Shown one piece after another: positions 26,804 through 41,309 of a DNA stretch of 64,000 nt. The notes under the pieces are model-generated. The model was given only the letters and a program-made list of their open reading frames with translations, was not told the DNA's origin and did not search any database. The stretch lies in contig NW_026854096.1 of NCBI RefSeq assembly GCF_026571515.1, positions 310,001 through 374,000 of the forward strand, written 5' to 3'. Numbering within the stretch: position 1 is the stretch's first letter; every line of letters begins with the position of its first letter. The stretch is from Ruditapes philippinarum. Taxonomy: Eukaryota. The position numbers and the translations under genes were made by a program.

Positions 26804-28920
26804 ATGAATCAAATTCAGCTGAAGCCTTTACAAGGAGATGATTTGTTTAGACGGGCAGAGATGTTGGTATCAATCAGCGATATAGAGCATGCATCAGGCA
26901 TCGGTGGAGAAAATGTGTACACAGTTGAAAAGACTGGAAATACACGATAATTCACATGGCCTGTCTTTTAAAGAGGGACAAACGATTAGTAACAGTTGCA
27001 TTTTTTGTGTTGGTTTGGCTAACATTAAAGTGAGGAAGGCGTTTGGTGGGTTTGGATTGTTTTTGTCTCTATTTCTGGTGTGGTTGGCTGAAGAGGTGCG
27101 AGTAAAAATAAAATGGCATTATGACATTTTCGTTTAACTCAATCACATAGAAAACCTATATTTTACATATCCACAGCGAGGTCTCCCTCCACCAGTAAAT
27201 GACCTTTTAAGTGTTGATATGACTGTTACTATATCAAAACAATAAAAAGAAACACGCCCGCGGCTATTTTAGAAGGGTAACACACATTGGACCACATTTA
27301 GGAAATGCAACTGCACCTGGCTATTTCAAACAGTTGATACATTAAATACAACTGAGCCTAATTATGATGAAAGCTTGAAGAGTATTGGAACAAGTCTTGA
27401 GTCTGCTTCCTGGGGCTAAACAAGCACTAGCGTTATGTGAGGAAACAGAATCATGTCACTTTCGTGAGAAGGTCTTGTAGACACAGACTTTACACTGACA
27501 ACTGCTACACATACATATACATCAGTTGAAATACAAGCAATAGATTATTAATGATGACTTCTTCCAAAGATTTAATCTTCTTATTACTATATCTTATAGC
27601 AAAGCTTTTGTTTTACATCTATAAATAGAAATACAGTAAATAAAGTTTATGTATTATATTTTGTCAGTCCTGTCTATTTCATCATTTCCTTCTAAAATTT
27701 CGAAATGTCACATTTTTCAAATATTTTTCATTGTTCGTTTCCTTTTTCCTTCCTCATTTTATTTTAAACTCCACACTACTTAACGATTTAATAGCACGCT
27801 TTATTGATTATTCAGGATATGAAAACGAAAGTTACAATAAATAAGGAAACATAAACATTATGACAAATTTGCTTTCTTTAAATCTTTAAACCATACTGAT
27901 TACAATCATCGCTTTTTAAAATTTAACAGGTACTTGGTTTATTATTTTGTGAAATCACTGATTTGTGCAAGATTAAGCGAGGACAGGCATTGAAGGATAT
28001 TCTTTATTGTATACTCGTACAAATTTGTGTAAACCCCTATTACCACTAATCATGGTCGAAACGACGTTTATATAAAATCTGTCATCGGTATTTAAACCAT
28101 TTTGAATGGTTGAATTTTGAATTGAGTTTGCTGAAGAAAATCAGAAGAATTTTATATACAAATTTATGTGACTGAAACTATGGTCCTTTGTTTACCATGT
28201 TAATCAACACATCGACGTCATAAACTAATCTGAAATATTTTACTGTATCTTTCCGTTCATAAAATTGATATTGTCACTGTAAGTGTGTACTGATTATAAA
28301 ACTCTCTAAAGTGACAAAAGTGTATAACGAATAGCGAATGAAGTAATCACCAAGGTCAAATGACTTTAAATTATCTGCAACTTCAGCGCAAACTTAGACT
28401 GAAAAATACAAAATTCAAAGATTTTATCAAAGTTGATTTGAAGCGTCCTTAGATGGTACTTTAATAAGTTAACAAGAATGAATGAATATGCAAGGGCTTA
28501 TAAGTATATTAAAAGACATATTGTAGTAAAAAAGATAGGTGCATCATAGTAAGCATCACAAAGTAGGGATCACCAGGGCAAATAATATGTACACATGTTT
28601 TTTCCAAAGTGACTTTTATTAATTACTGGATTCAGACAGACCTACCTGATCTACCTAATCATAATTAAATTAATTGGTAAAAGAGACAGATAACCAAATA
28701 AACAAAATTATCATTGCTGTTGTGTTTATTGCTTAATTTCAAACTTGCAGTAGTTTTATAATTTCCGTCACCCGTCTTTTTCAATAATTATAAAGAAATT
28801 TTTATTCAAATAAGTTTGTGATATCAATGCTGGCTATAATGTACACATTGTTATATTAACGGACCTCCAACCGGGATTGATACATGTTATTAAACGTTAG
28901 TATCAAGACACTGGTCTAAA

Positions 28921-29258
28921 GGCCCGTCTACACCTATCCAAGTCTTGAATGCAAGCATCATATTCTCTTGTATTCTCTACTTGAATGAGTTTTAAAGAGA
29001 AATTATGTGACATTCAAGAAGATAATTCCTTGCAAGAAAGTTAGAACACGTCCTATTTTTCTACAAGTTTTTGGCTGTCAAGACACTGATAACACCGGTT
29101 TGACACAAAACATGTGCCCCGAAGGTGTGATAGTGTTGTTTTTTTTCATTATTTTCTGACTTTTTTGTTACTGATTCTGTGTTCATGACCTGTAAATTTT
29201 AGTAAATGTATAAAATATCTTGGTCAGAGGAACAGATCAATACATTGATACACAGAAG

Positions 29259-29296
<38 letters not shown>

Positions 29297-29671
29297 TGAA
29301 ACCAGTTTTTCAAGTAGTCAAAATGGATTTTAAATGATCTTGTTCATTTAGTCAATAACTTTCATCAAATAAAGAATTTGCATCAATTTATCAGCTCAAA
29401 AATATTTTTCTCACATTTTCCATTATTTTAAAAGGATGTACACATTTCAATATATACTCCATTGTTTTTAGCTAATTGCATCATTTTCCCGCCTTTTTAT
29501 TCACATATTTTACAGAAACATGATAGTATTGCAAAGACAAAGGTATAAATCCTGGGCAATCTTTATAAGACATTTCAGTAAAAATTGTGCCTGATAAAAT
29601 ATTGAAAGGGCCATTTATTTAGCTTATCTAAATGTGACATGTAAGAAACTTAAATAGGTGTAGACACGGCC
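28921..29671. mobile_element. PIF/Harbinger-like MITE
   Basis: Imperfect TIRs GGCCCGTCTACACCTAT ... ATAGGTGTAGACACGGCC; flanked by TAAA on the left and TAA on the right; internal poly-A at ~29263-29294. Confidence 0.65.
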
Positions 29672-29677
29672 TAACTA

Positions 29678-31745
29678 CGGTGGCATAGAGGTGACATTTG
29701 CAGTTTTATTTTATCTCGTGGCCACGACTTATTATCTTGAGGCCTCAAGATATTATCTCGTGGCCACGACTTATTATCTTGTGGCCACGACTTATTATCT
29801 CGTGGCCACAAGATATTAACTCGTGGCCACGACTTATTATCTTGTGGCCACGACTTATTATCTCGTGGCCACGAGTTATTATCTTGTGGCCACGACTTAT
29901 TATCTTGTGGCCACGACTTATTATCTCGTGGCCTCAAGATATTATCTCGTGGCCACGACTTATTTTCTCGTGGCCACAACTTATTATATTGTGGCCTCAA
30001 GATATTATGTCGTGGCCGCGACTTATTATCTCGTGGCCACAAGATATTAACTCGTGGCCACGACTTATTATCTTGTGGCCACGACTTATTATCTTGTGGC
30101 CACGACTTATTATCTCGTGGCCACGAGTTATTATCTTGTGGCCACGACTTATGATCTTGTGGCCACGACTTATTATCTCGTGGCCTCAAAATATTATCTC
30201 GTGGCCACGACTTATTTTCTCATGGCCACAACTTATTATATTGTGGCCTCAAGATATTATGTCGTGGCCGCGACTTATTATCTTGTGGCCTCAAGATATT
30301 ATCTCGTGGCCACGAGTTATTATCTTGTGGCAACGACTTATTATTTCGTGGCCACGACTTATAATCTTGTGGCCACGACTTATTACAGCCAATTAAAATG
30401 GACGTTTCATCTTGAATAAAAGTTAATATCACAACGACCGTATATCACACTGGCCAAAGTGTCACAAGAGCGGCGGGTCAAACGCTGCAGCGGTGAATAA
30501 GGGGGACGTTTTATAGTTGTTAGTGTACCCCTTTCTTCTGTTTTGTATGGTCAGGTGTTTCTTTCATTCATCTTTAAAGATATACTTTGCTTAAATTTGA
30601 TATTAGAAAATATTGATAATTGTTACACTGTCTCTTTGTAAACATAAAATAAACATGTTTTGACTTCACATTAGAAAAATCTTGCTCACCATTGAATATT
30701 AAAATCACAGACATTTATTTAAATCTATGATATTCTAACTTAATGCGTCTAACTTGAATAAAGAAAACAATAAACTATGTACAGGAAGCTGCATTCCCTA
30801 TAACAGGTCAAGTAATCTTTACTTAAAAAAACTGACACAACATATATTCATGGTTAACGTTTTATAATTTTGCTACTGCTACTTCTGTGCTACTGTTACT
30901 GCCAACTTCATGTTTTATAATTTTGTTACTGCTACTACTCAATGCTACTGCTTACTTCCTACCGGTGATGACCACTTATAAAAGTGAGTGTATTTTATGA
31001 AAAACTGCATCTACAGAAACTTGATCCTTAAACGTTAGGACCATAAGATAAGAATACAGAGGGCGAATTAGTGATGACAAGAGTCTACTCAGTGGACGTG
31101 TTAATGTGGTCGATACAGTTTATAGTGATATACTAGCTGATTAGCCCTTACTGAAATTCAGCACGTCTCTGGGAAAAAGCGTGAACTTAAGTGAATATAT
31201 GGTGGTGATTGACACGCACCTCCTGTGACTGCTATTGCCAGTGTGATATTAAATTTTGTTCAAGATGAAACGACTATTTTCATTGGCTAAAATAAGTCGT
31301 GGCCACAAGATAATAACTCGTGGCCACGAGAAAATAAGTCGTGGCCACAAGATAATAACTCGTGGCCACGAGATAATAAGTCGTGGCCTCAATATATTAA
31401 GTCGTGGCCACGAGATGATAAGTCGTGGCCACAAGATAATAACTCGTGGCCACGAGATAATATCTTGAGGCCACAAGATAATAAGTCGTGGCCACGAGAT
31501 AATAAGTCGTGGCCACGAGATAATATCTTGAGGCCACAAGATAATAAGTCGTGGCCACGAGATAATAAGTCGTGGCCACAAGATAATAACTCGTGGCCAC
31601 GAGATAATATATTGAGGCCACAAGATAATAAGTCGTGGCCACGAGATAATAAGTCGTGGCAACGAGATAATATCTTGAGGCCTCAAGATAATAAGTCGTG
31701 GCCACGAGATAAAATAAAACTGCAAATGTCACCTCTATGCCACCA
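29678..31745. mobile_element. Foldback-type non-autonomous DNA transposon with 21-bp tandem arrays in both inverted arms
   Basis: Termini CGGTGGCATAGAGGTGACATTTGCAG / CTGCAAATGTCACCTCTATGCCACCA flanked by TA on both sides. Arrays of TTATTATCTCGTGGCCACGAC-type units at ~29710-30385 (~32 units) and inverted at ~31290-31710 (~20 units); inner inverted segments 30387-30433 and 31242-31288. Confidence 0.9.
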
Positions 31746-34091
31746 TACTTAGTACATGACCTCTTCAAAAGAATTTTTTTAAATACGCAAAGGTAAATTA
31801 AACGAGTTTAATAGCTTTGTATTAACTTTGGCCTATTCAAAGGCCCGCTCGATTAGGTCATTGAACAATTGCAACACTGCATTCTAACTATTGCAGCAAT
31901 TCAGTATTTGGTATTTGACGTACAAAATGGCGTCTCAGATTCCTAGAGTCTTTCACGAGCCAGCATAAACAGAACCATGATACAGCAATTGATGAATTTA
32001 CTGCAACAGGAGCTGATGCTTGTAGTTCTAAAGAGCAATTACATTAAATGATATAAAGTTTGTAACCATCGCCGTACAAATTTAAATAGTCACTCTTAAT
32101 CAAACTAATTGGGATATTTTAGCAAACGGCTATATCCCAGTTATAGATATGAAATTTAAATAATTTTAACTTTGTCATGAATGAGAGATTGTAAAAGTGT
32201 ACATATGCAATTAAACAGAGTCATGTGCACAGTGTATATCCTGGTCATGACGGTGTTTATTTTCTTTATGATTTAAATGGCACAAACATAATAAACTAGC
32301 TATAAATATGTTATGGTATTACAATATAACCATAACAAGACTGTGTCATTTCGTTACATGTTTTAGAATTGCATTCTTTTCAATGAATTCTAAGCTCAGC
32401 AAATTCATACTGTCCGTTTTCTGTAGTCTCTATTATTTTGTTCTATAGAAGCAACAAATTCTTTCAATATTTTGTTCATTTTGTCGATTTTTATATATAT
32501 TCGGGATCTGAAATGTAAAACTATATTCCGATAATAAACTCTGATTGAAAAACACGTATCGTGAAACCCTTATCTCTATTTAAATGTTTTGTTCATTGAA
32601 GTAAAATGTATGACCTGGATTTACTTCTCAGTTGTATCTACAGGTAAGAAATTTATTTCTCGATTATGAAAATCATGGAAATACCCTTCTATAAATTTGA
32701 TCTAAATTTCGGAGATAAGTTCCTATTTTTAGTTTAGAGATTATGAAAATGTTGTGACCTTTTCGGTAACCAAGATATCTGATTAATCTTTTAACTGGTA
32801 ACTTTTCGATATATTTACGTGCGAGGAAATATATATTTACGCGGGAGAAAATATTCGTCATAATTAATCAAATTTTAGATAAATACATATAGATATATTA
32901 AAGGAACTCCAATCAGGTTAAATAGCCTTAAACATAACATTTGAAGTTCTTACAAGAGCCTTGACAGTTAAAAGAGGGGAGAGACGTGCAAAAGATAATT
33001 ACGAAATATACCAAGAAATAAATTGAAAAATATTTTTGCCATATTCTTGGAAAACGTTTATCATTAGAATAATTATTCTGGAAAAACGAAGTGAGCGAAT
33101 GATCTGAATTCTTTTTCCATAAGTCTTTCCATAAGATCTAAACATACATCAAATCGAACATTACTTTAGATAAAAAAAAAATCCAGTTCAATCATGTCAA
33201 AAACTCTAGCGGAGTGACGTGAGAAACCTGGTATGTACAAATGCAATAACATGCGATAAAACAGATTGTTTTTCTACCTTTACTACAAGGTTCTGTTTAT
33301 AATAACTTTATAATTACCCTGTATTTATTGCTGAACTCTACTCGTACCACTTTACAAAACATTTGATATTACGCAGTGATTTAGAAAATTTCTATCTGAA
33401 TTTCAGCTTTTAATGAGAAAACCGAGTTGACAAATTTATCATATTTACTTTTTACAACTTAAAAGAGATATTAAATTGTAATTACATTTAGAATTTATTC
33501 AGAATACAAATGATTTTAAATGTTCACTTATAGACGAAATATTTGTTACATTGGTTTGAAATTTCTTGCATGGCGACCTTTGACTTAATTAATAGGCTAC
33601 ATTGACGTCGCAGCTGACAAGGTAAAATTATATATGGAAAAAATCATTCAAAAACAGAAATAGCAAAATTGTCAATGGCGGTATTGTTTAATGTATTTTC
33701 TGTCACCAAATATTGATTGGAATGCTCTTATCACAACTTGAAAATAAATTAGAATAACCAAACGTTAATATTGCTTTTACAGTGCAGGAAGTTTAATCGC
33801 TTAATCTACATTATATCTCGGAGTTTATATGGAAACAAACACATCAAATAACATTTGTAAGATCTAAATTTACGCAAAATACTACACTCACGCCGGGAAA
33901 CCATTTCTATTAATAAGAACAGCCAAGAACCAATATAAAAACGCAGAACTAATTCGGATTCCTGGAATTTCCAAATTTGTGAGTATTTAAGATATGTTTT
34001 CTGCGTCAAAAATCACTTTGCGATTTGTTTTCATAATTTTGAGACTTCAGATTATATTATTTATCTTCAAGACTTATTAAACATTACAAAA

Positions 34092-35284
34092 ATGCTTGAA
34101 AATAGCACATATTCTGTTAAATGGCCGAAAGTTATTGGCAACACAAAGAGGTATCGAGCATCGTTCGGGCTAAAGTCGTTCATGGAAGGGGAACATTTGA
34201 TTGTTTTTAAGGTAATTCAGAAAGACAGTAGGTATTCCGTATTGGTAAGATAAACTAATGAGAGGAGTTGAAATGTATTTAAGGGGCTCAAAATATTAAA
34301 ATGGTATCAAAATTTGGAAAAAGGGGTGATAGATACGGCTGATAAAATATTAACCCTACTATCAATGTAAAACTCCAATTTATTAAAATAGCAACATTCT
34401 GCCATGTCTGGCGTGTATGAAATTTGATTTTTTTTATTTTAGGGCAAGGCGTTTAGTCATGAAGATTATATTCCGAGGCCTGTTGTTGTGAAGAGTATGA
34501 GGTACTTCTGTGGAAATAAAGATGACTTTGAGATGTATAAACTTTGCAACGAACAAACCCGAATATTGGCCATTCACTTCAACAAACTATCCGCAACTTT
34601 TTCAAGCAAAGTAAGTTCATTTACGGACTATTTTAACGAATATAAATATACATTTACATACAAATTTATTTAGAGATATAAACATTGTGTATTGTTCTGT
34701 TCAAAATAGCATTAACCGAAAAAGATTTTATGCTTATTTTTACGAAACTAATAAAAAACCAACTATTTGATGTATGTATGCCATTGAATAATAATTATTT
34801 TTGTAGAGCACTTTTCAAATTTTTTCAGAAGATGCAATCTACATTTAAGTTACGGTTTGTTGTTGCTGCTGTTACGCAAATCGACACAAGATCTACCTTA
34901 GCCTTGGGCAAGAAATTTAAGAAAGATGAATATGTCGCCTTTGAGGAAAAGCTTGAAGGAAAGTTTACAACTTTTATTGACAAGCGGGGAGAGACGTTGG
35001 ATAGAAATAAATGTTGTTTGATTTTGGAGGCATTCAGCCATTTTTCTTTTGTCGTTTCTGGAGAAAACTTTGTTATTTGTGGTCTCAAAGGCGTTTATAG
35101 AGAGGACAAATCAGACTTCATCCTAACCAACCCGACAATACATTCGAGAGAAGGTAAATTTGGTCAGAAAGACAAGCGAGACCCGGGAATAAGAGATGTT
35201 ACAAAGAACCATACTTGCAATAAGTTTTGCCAAATGTTTATGAAGAAACCATCAACATTTGACAATGGCACAAGCGAGATATGA
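34092..35284 (+). CDS. Alpha-kinase-fold protein 2 (predicted pseudokinase), ~240 aa, 3 coding exons
   Basis: Exons 34092-34211, 34443-34610 and 34850(or in-frame 34829)-35284; paralogous to 25390-26803; ICGLKGV, LTNPTIHS, HTCNKFC. Confidence 0.9.
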
Positions 35285-38200
35285 ATGAATCAAATACAGC
35301 TCAACTCTGTACAAGAAGAGGGTTTATCTAGATATTGAATGCAGCAACACCGGAAAACAAGCATCATACATCAGAGAAGAACATGGATACACTGTTGAAA
35401 ACGTTGATAAATGCTTAAAAAGCCATACTGACATACAAACAGGGACAGTCTGTAAAATAGGCATTCGTAAATGACGAATCACCTTTGTAAGATCAGTAGG
35501 TTGGAGAAGCTGGCATTAAAGTTCACATATTGTTTTGAGAGGCCGATGTCTGAATCGACAGTGGTGTTAAGTTTTGTATTTTAAGTGAAGCTAGTTGGGA
35601 GATGTGATATAGTCGTGGCTGTGAGAAAAAATAAACGAATGGACATATGGATTGACAAATGGAATATTTAATTGAAAGAGGAGTTTCAAAAGAAAAACAC
35701 GGTTTAAATAAAAAAGATATGTACCTATCAATTTTGAAATGAAATACAAAAAAATTACATTTCACATTGATATGCCATGTTGTTTGTTTTTTTTTTTAAA
35801 TATTTAATACTAAATTTTGACATGTCATATTTATTCAACTGCATTGTTAATTGTTCGTTTTTCTGCTTTTATTTTAATTCAGGAATAAAGCAAATAAAAT
35901 ACATTAGTGTGGGTTTAGTTATTGCTTCATAAGCCTTTCTACAATAAAACATAAACGAAATATATCCCTGAAATAAATGATGCCCTATTACTACAGCATA
36001 TCGTCCTAAGAGGCAGGGCTGCGTGTCATAGGAAGTCCTAAATGTACCCTAAGATCTAGGATTTATGACGACAAACTCTAGGACTAACTTAAGATCGTTT
36101 CAAGAAATATTCTCATCATTAGCAAAACTTTTAGAATTTTGTTTTATTCATTCTCCTGAGAAAAATTAAAAGATGCAATGGCATGTTCTTCAATCCGCAA
36201 AGTGTAAATGTCCATCTGAATCGCTATTGCTTTTCCAAATTTGAAGAGTCTAAACATTAGTGTCATAATTTATGACATTTTCTTTAAAACATATATTGTC
36301 TTAGTTTTGGGAAACTTCAGCATTAACTATCTAAACAATTCTATTTTTATTGATAAAGCATAGTTGGCTTTCCTATTTACTTTCAAAGAAGTGACCGAGC
36401 ATACAATGCGTCATTATACAATTACCAGATAAACCACCCATAATAAAATTATGTTGCCGAAACCGTACTATTTATAAACTCCTTTCATACTTTTAATTAT
36501 CTTTTTAGTACTATAATATTGCCTGTAACAAATCTTATCTAATGTGTTAACTCATTGATTTTAATAGATTTAGTAAATAAAAATGTCATCCAATATCACG
36601 GTCATATTTATAAAAAAAATGGTATTTAAGCGATAAAATCACCCTTATCAGTTAAATGACGGACGGCTCTGAATATTCAACGATATAGCAGCTATTAAAA
36701 TACCATATCTGTGTAGCAAAAAAAATGGTGTAACATTATTTGTTTGACATGATTTTCAAGTATACCTCGACCTAACCGTGTAATTATTGATTCAGCCTTT
36801 CCCTTTTTTAAAACCACAATTTATAAATGATGCAATCATTTTACTTTCTATACAAAAATTTGACCAAAAATAAAAATGGTTAGGTGTTTCCTTGATCAAA
36901 AATGAATAAAAGGATATGCTAAAAAAAGAAATAAAAATCATTAAAAATAACTTATTGTATCTCATAACGTTTATCACGGAACTGATCTACTGGTTCGATA
37001 TTTATGAATACTATATTTGTTTGACCAAGGATTGTCCAGTGTCTTTCCTACGGGATTCTATGGGACTTAAGTGGACCAAGATATGATGAAATCCCGTGAA
37101 ATTTATCCCAGCATAGCTCATTACTGTAGAAAGACGTAAAAATACTAGTATTCAAAAAATAGCCAAAGTGTATTACGAACATACATGAATTATTAAGTTT
37201 TCAGCAAAATTCATTACTTTTAAGCAAGCAGATGGAGATGTCAATAAAGAAAGTTGAACAACACAATATTATAAAATAATGCAACCCTATGTAATGTTTT
37301 ATTACGGGAAGACATTATTCTGAGGTGTGTTTTTTTACAAAATAGTTTTGCGATTCAACTTCATGAGTGTTGAGCTATGACGCAAGTAGTTACTAAGGAT
37401 TAAATTGAATGACTTGAACTCCGATAATAGGAATTCCAATGACATTCATTACTGCAAAAAATTTAAAACGTAGTTTGCTTTTACTTTGAATCATGTGATT
37501 TCATTACTTAAAAAAAGATACCATGAAAACTTTTCAGGTTATTTAGGGAGGTAATTACCCAGGTTCTAGTTCAGATGCGTTGTTATTCTTTTAAGGAAGA
37601 AATATCAATTATATTAGTTTTATTGACACATAAACAGTGACAGGTATATCGAAATTAAATTGAAAAGTTGATTTATTATACTTTCACATATTGGAGATTT
37701 AATCAATACACACACACCTTTGACCAATTACTGATAACATACTTAAACTGATGGGAATGAAACTTACAAATAGTGAAATATAATAGAGAATGGATCTATT
37801 TTTCCGCAAATGATTACAATCCAATGGACCATGTATATTTAAATATAATATTAAACTTTAAAGTATAGATGTTGAATTTGACATAATCTAAGTTAAATAA
37901 TAAAGTATCGGTTTCGATTGATTATGATATTTATAAAGTTAGATAATCATTTTACAATTAAATACAAAACATCCGCACGGTCAGACTCTTTATTTGAACA
38001 CTTTGTACATATAAGATCTTCAGACATGGCTATATACAGGAAGACGCTATATATCCAGACATGGTATTAATCCCAATCAACGTCATAAAGAGATAATCAA
38101 CACTATGCTTACAATTTTACAAAACATTTAACATTTCGCAGTGTTTAATTTTTTTCGCATCTGAATTCCAGCGCGATGACTGCACCCGTAAAGTGAACTC

Positions 38201-38433
38201 TTACTTGCCAAATTTATCATATTTAATTTTACAACTTTAGAGATTCATACATAACATAAAATATGTAACTTATTTAGAATACAAATGATCTAAATATACG
38301 TATAAATATACACTTGATAGACGAAACATGTGTTGTGACGGTTTTAAATTATTTGAAAATACGTAATGATGTAATGCAACTCGTAACTAATTAGGCTACA
38401 TTGACACTGCAGTTAAGGAAGTTAATATAATCA

Positions 38434-39255
38434 TTTCATTTCATTTCATTTATTGGCAAATCGGCATAATAATGCCTTTGACCATTTACACATACTAATA
38501 CACATGGTCAAGACATACAGTATACATAAAAGATACACAAATGAATACACATTTAATCTTTACATAATAAATAATCACCAAATATCAAACATTAACACAA
38601 TTTTTAACTCACAAAGGTAATAAGTCCTACGAAGCAGCATTATTTTCAAGGGTTAGACTTCTCAATTTATAAGCTTCTGTTAAAAACTTTGCATTTTTTA
38701 CAATACTAGTTCTACGTTTTGATGACATAATATTAATGAACTTTTGTACTGAAGGCCAAGCATTATTTGTAAAATATTTCTGTCGTAGGTCATAATATTT
38801 ATTACAACATAACAAAAAATGGTACTCAGATTCAACGGATTGTGATTGACAAAGTTTACATATACGATTTTGTCTTTCAATGCCAGTATATCTACCTACT
38901 TCAATTTCGAGATTATGTGCTGATATTCTAAATTTAGTGTATAGCTCTCTTTGTTTACTATTAGTCAAAATATCTAGATATTTTTCATAACAAAAATCGA
39001 CTTTAAATTGTTTATAGTATTCAAGTTTAGCTACATTACGAATCTCCATTTGCCAGTTTTGGATATATTGATCGCGTAGTCTTTGTTTCAAAATACAAAA
39101 ATAGTTACAGGAAGAGTCAAAATTTGACCATATATCACATAAACCTAGACTATCAAGTAAATTTTTAATTTTATTTGACCAAGAATTTGCGTTCTGGGAA
39201 TTACATTGCTCTCTAAAAAGTGTATACATAGGCATGTGTTGATTACTCATTATTT
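38434..39255 (-). mobile_element. 5'-truncated LINE insertion with intact ORF2 C-terminal segment
   Basis: ORF 38627-39268 with KFRISAHNLEIEVGRY..RICKLC..ESEYHFLLCC; tail AATAA(ATGAA)n; 12-bp TSD TTAATATAATCA at 38422-38433 and 39256-39267. Confidence 0.93.
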
Positions 39256-39797
39256 TTAATATAATCAATTGACAGTATTTTTTTCTGAGAAAGAAGTGTT
39301 ATAAATCAATGGCAGTAAGGTTTGCGCCAAGGATTGCTTCGAATGCTCATATTGCAACTTTAGTATAACATAGACTATTAAATTTGAAAGATTTTCTCAA
39401 GCATTGTCTTAGAAATTTCCTTTATATACAATGCAGTTGTGTCCATTAATATGAAATAAAGGAAGTTTAATCGCTATCTATAACTTAAAATGTACTTTAT
39501 GATTTTATTTATATATCCACAGTAAAGCTTTTGCTTAATGCCTATACCCATTTACATGTGTACGCCAATATTTAAACTTTTCTCAACGCGCTCTCATATA
39601 TTTGGGACACCATTTTCTATTTATAAAGACAACAATCTTCATCGCAGTATTGTTTTCGTTTCCGGCAAATTAAATATTGTGAGTATATATAAGTATATAA
39701 GGAAGTATGTTTTCATCTCTTTATGTACAACATACACTTAGCGATTTGTTTTTCCTTGTGTTTTTTATGATTAAATTTTGCAAAATTCATTGTGAAA

Positions 39798-40844
39798 ATG
39801 CTGGAAAATAGTACATATTCAGTTTATTGGCCGAAATTAAACGGCATGAAAAGGGACAAAATAACAAGGTATCGTGCATCGTTTGGACCGAAATCTTTTA
39901 TGGAAGGGGAACATTTGATTGTTTTTAAGGTAATTTTCTATACGACATTAAAGCGTTAGTTCTGAGTGCAATATTTGTAGCATCTGAGACTTAAACAAAA
40001 GTTATTGTCTGTGGCGTGTTCGCATGTTGTTTAGCTTTAATGTATAATACATATACATTTTTTTCATCATCATATTTCAATGCTGTTGACAAATAACGAC
40101 AAAGTACTAGATATTCAATTTGCAATGAAAAAAGTATATAGAAGCTTAAACAATTGTGAGTTGCAAAAGGACTAAATTTACTAGGGTTTCTGACATGATT
40201 TGACTGGAGTTAATTTTTCAAGATGTAATGTTCGATTTGATGTAAGTTTGGACCTATAACTTGTATGCAAAATTTCAGATCGTTTGTTCAATCCGTTTAT
40301 CCAGAATAATTATTCTAATTGTGAAAAAAAAACGAACCAAAATTTATAAGCGGTGCGGCGCTTTTCATTAGAATAGCACAAAAATAGGATTTTCAATTAA
40401 TTTCTGGACATATTTCTTAATTATCTTGTGCTTATCTCGAGTGCCCAAGTTGATCTATGTAAAAGCTTCAAATTTTATGTTTTATGATTTTTAACCTCAT
40501 TTGAGTTCCTTTTAAAAGGCATCAAAAAGCAAGGTTTTATATGGCTTATAAAACATAAACCATACTATCAATTTTAGATAATTTTAATTGCAAAATATGT
40601 AATGTCTGTCGTTAATGAAATCTAAATTTGAGATTAACAGGTTACAGAGTTTTATGGTTGACATCAAAAGTCATCTTATGTACAGTACATGTATTTATTT
40701 TTTTACTATGTTTTTATATATTTCGGCTCAGGATTTTAAATTGTCTGCTAATTATCTTTTTACAATTTTAGTAATGTGTTTTAAATCCTAGCTGTAAACA
40801 AGAGTGTCATTAACTGAAGATTTGACTGTGATATACATTTTTAT

Positions 40845-40919
<75 letters not shown>

Positions 40920-41309
40920 TTCGGCATAGGAAGCATATACATAGTTGACAACATAACATAGGATAAAATAATGAGCATTATTAAATACTATATCACATAC
41001 GAGAAAACTATGACATGCTCACCAACACCAATGATAACACAAAAAAGGGCAAACAAGCTCTTATTTCCATTGTGGTCCTTTGTATTAGTACTTTTAAACA
41101 TGATTATATTTAGGTCTGCCTCTCTATATCATGCCGCCAATACAAAGGACCACAATGAAAATAAGAGCTTTTTTGCCCTTTTTTGTGTTATCCTTGGGGT
41201 TGGTGAGCATGTCATAGTTTTCTCGTATGTGATATAGTATTTAATAATGCTCATTATTTTATCCTATGATATGTTGTCAACTATGTATATGCTTCCTATG
41301 CGGAAATAA

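Noticed and set aside
29671-31768. Long repetitive ORFs (WPRLIIL / SWPQDNK / ATTYYLV heptads) and a CRISPR-like look
   Set aside because: The 21-bp unit is a multiple of 3 and lacks stops in several frames, so ORFs appear on both strands. There are no unique spacers and no cas genes, and the arrays are arms of a transposon.
40971-41237. 88-aa ORF in intron of gene 3
   Set aside because: Lies within a palindromic non-coding element; no recognisable domain.
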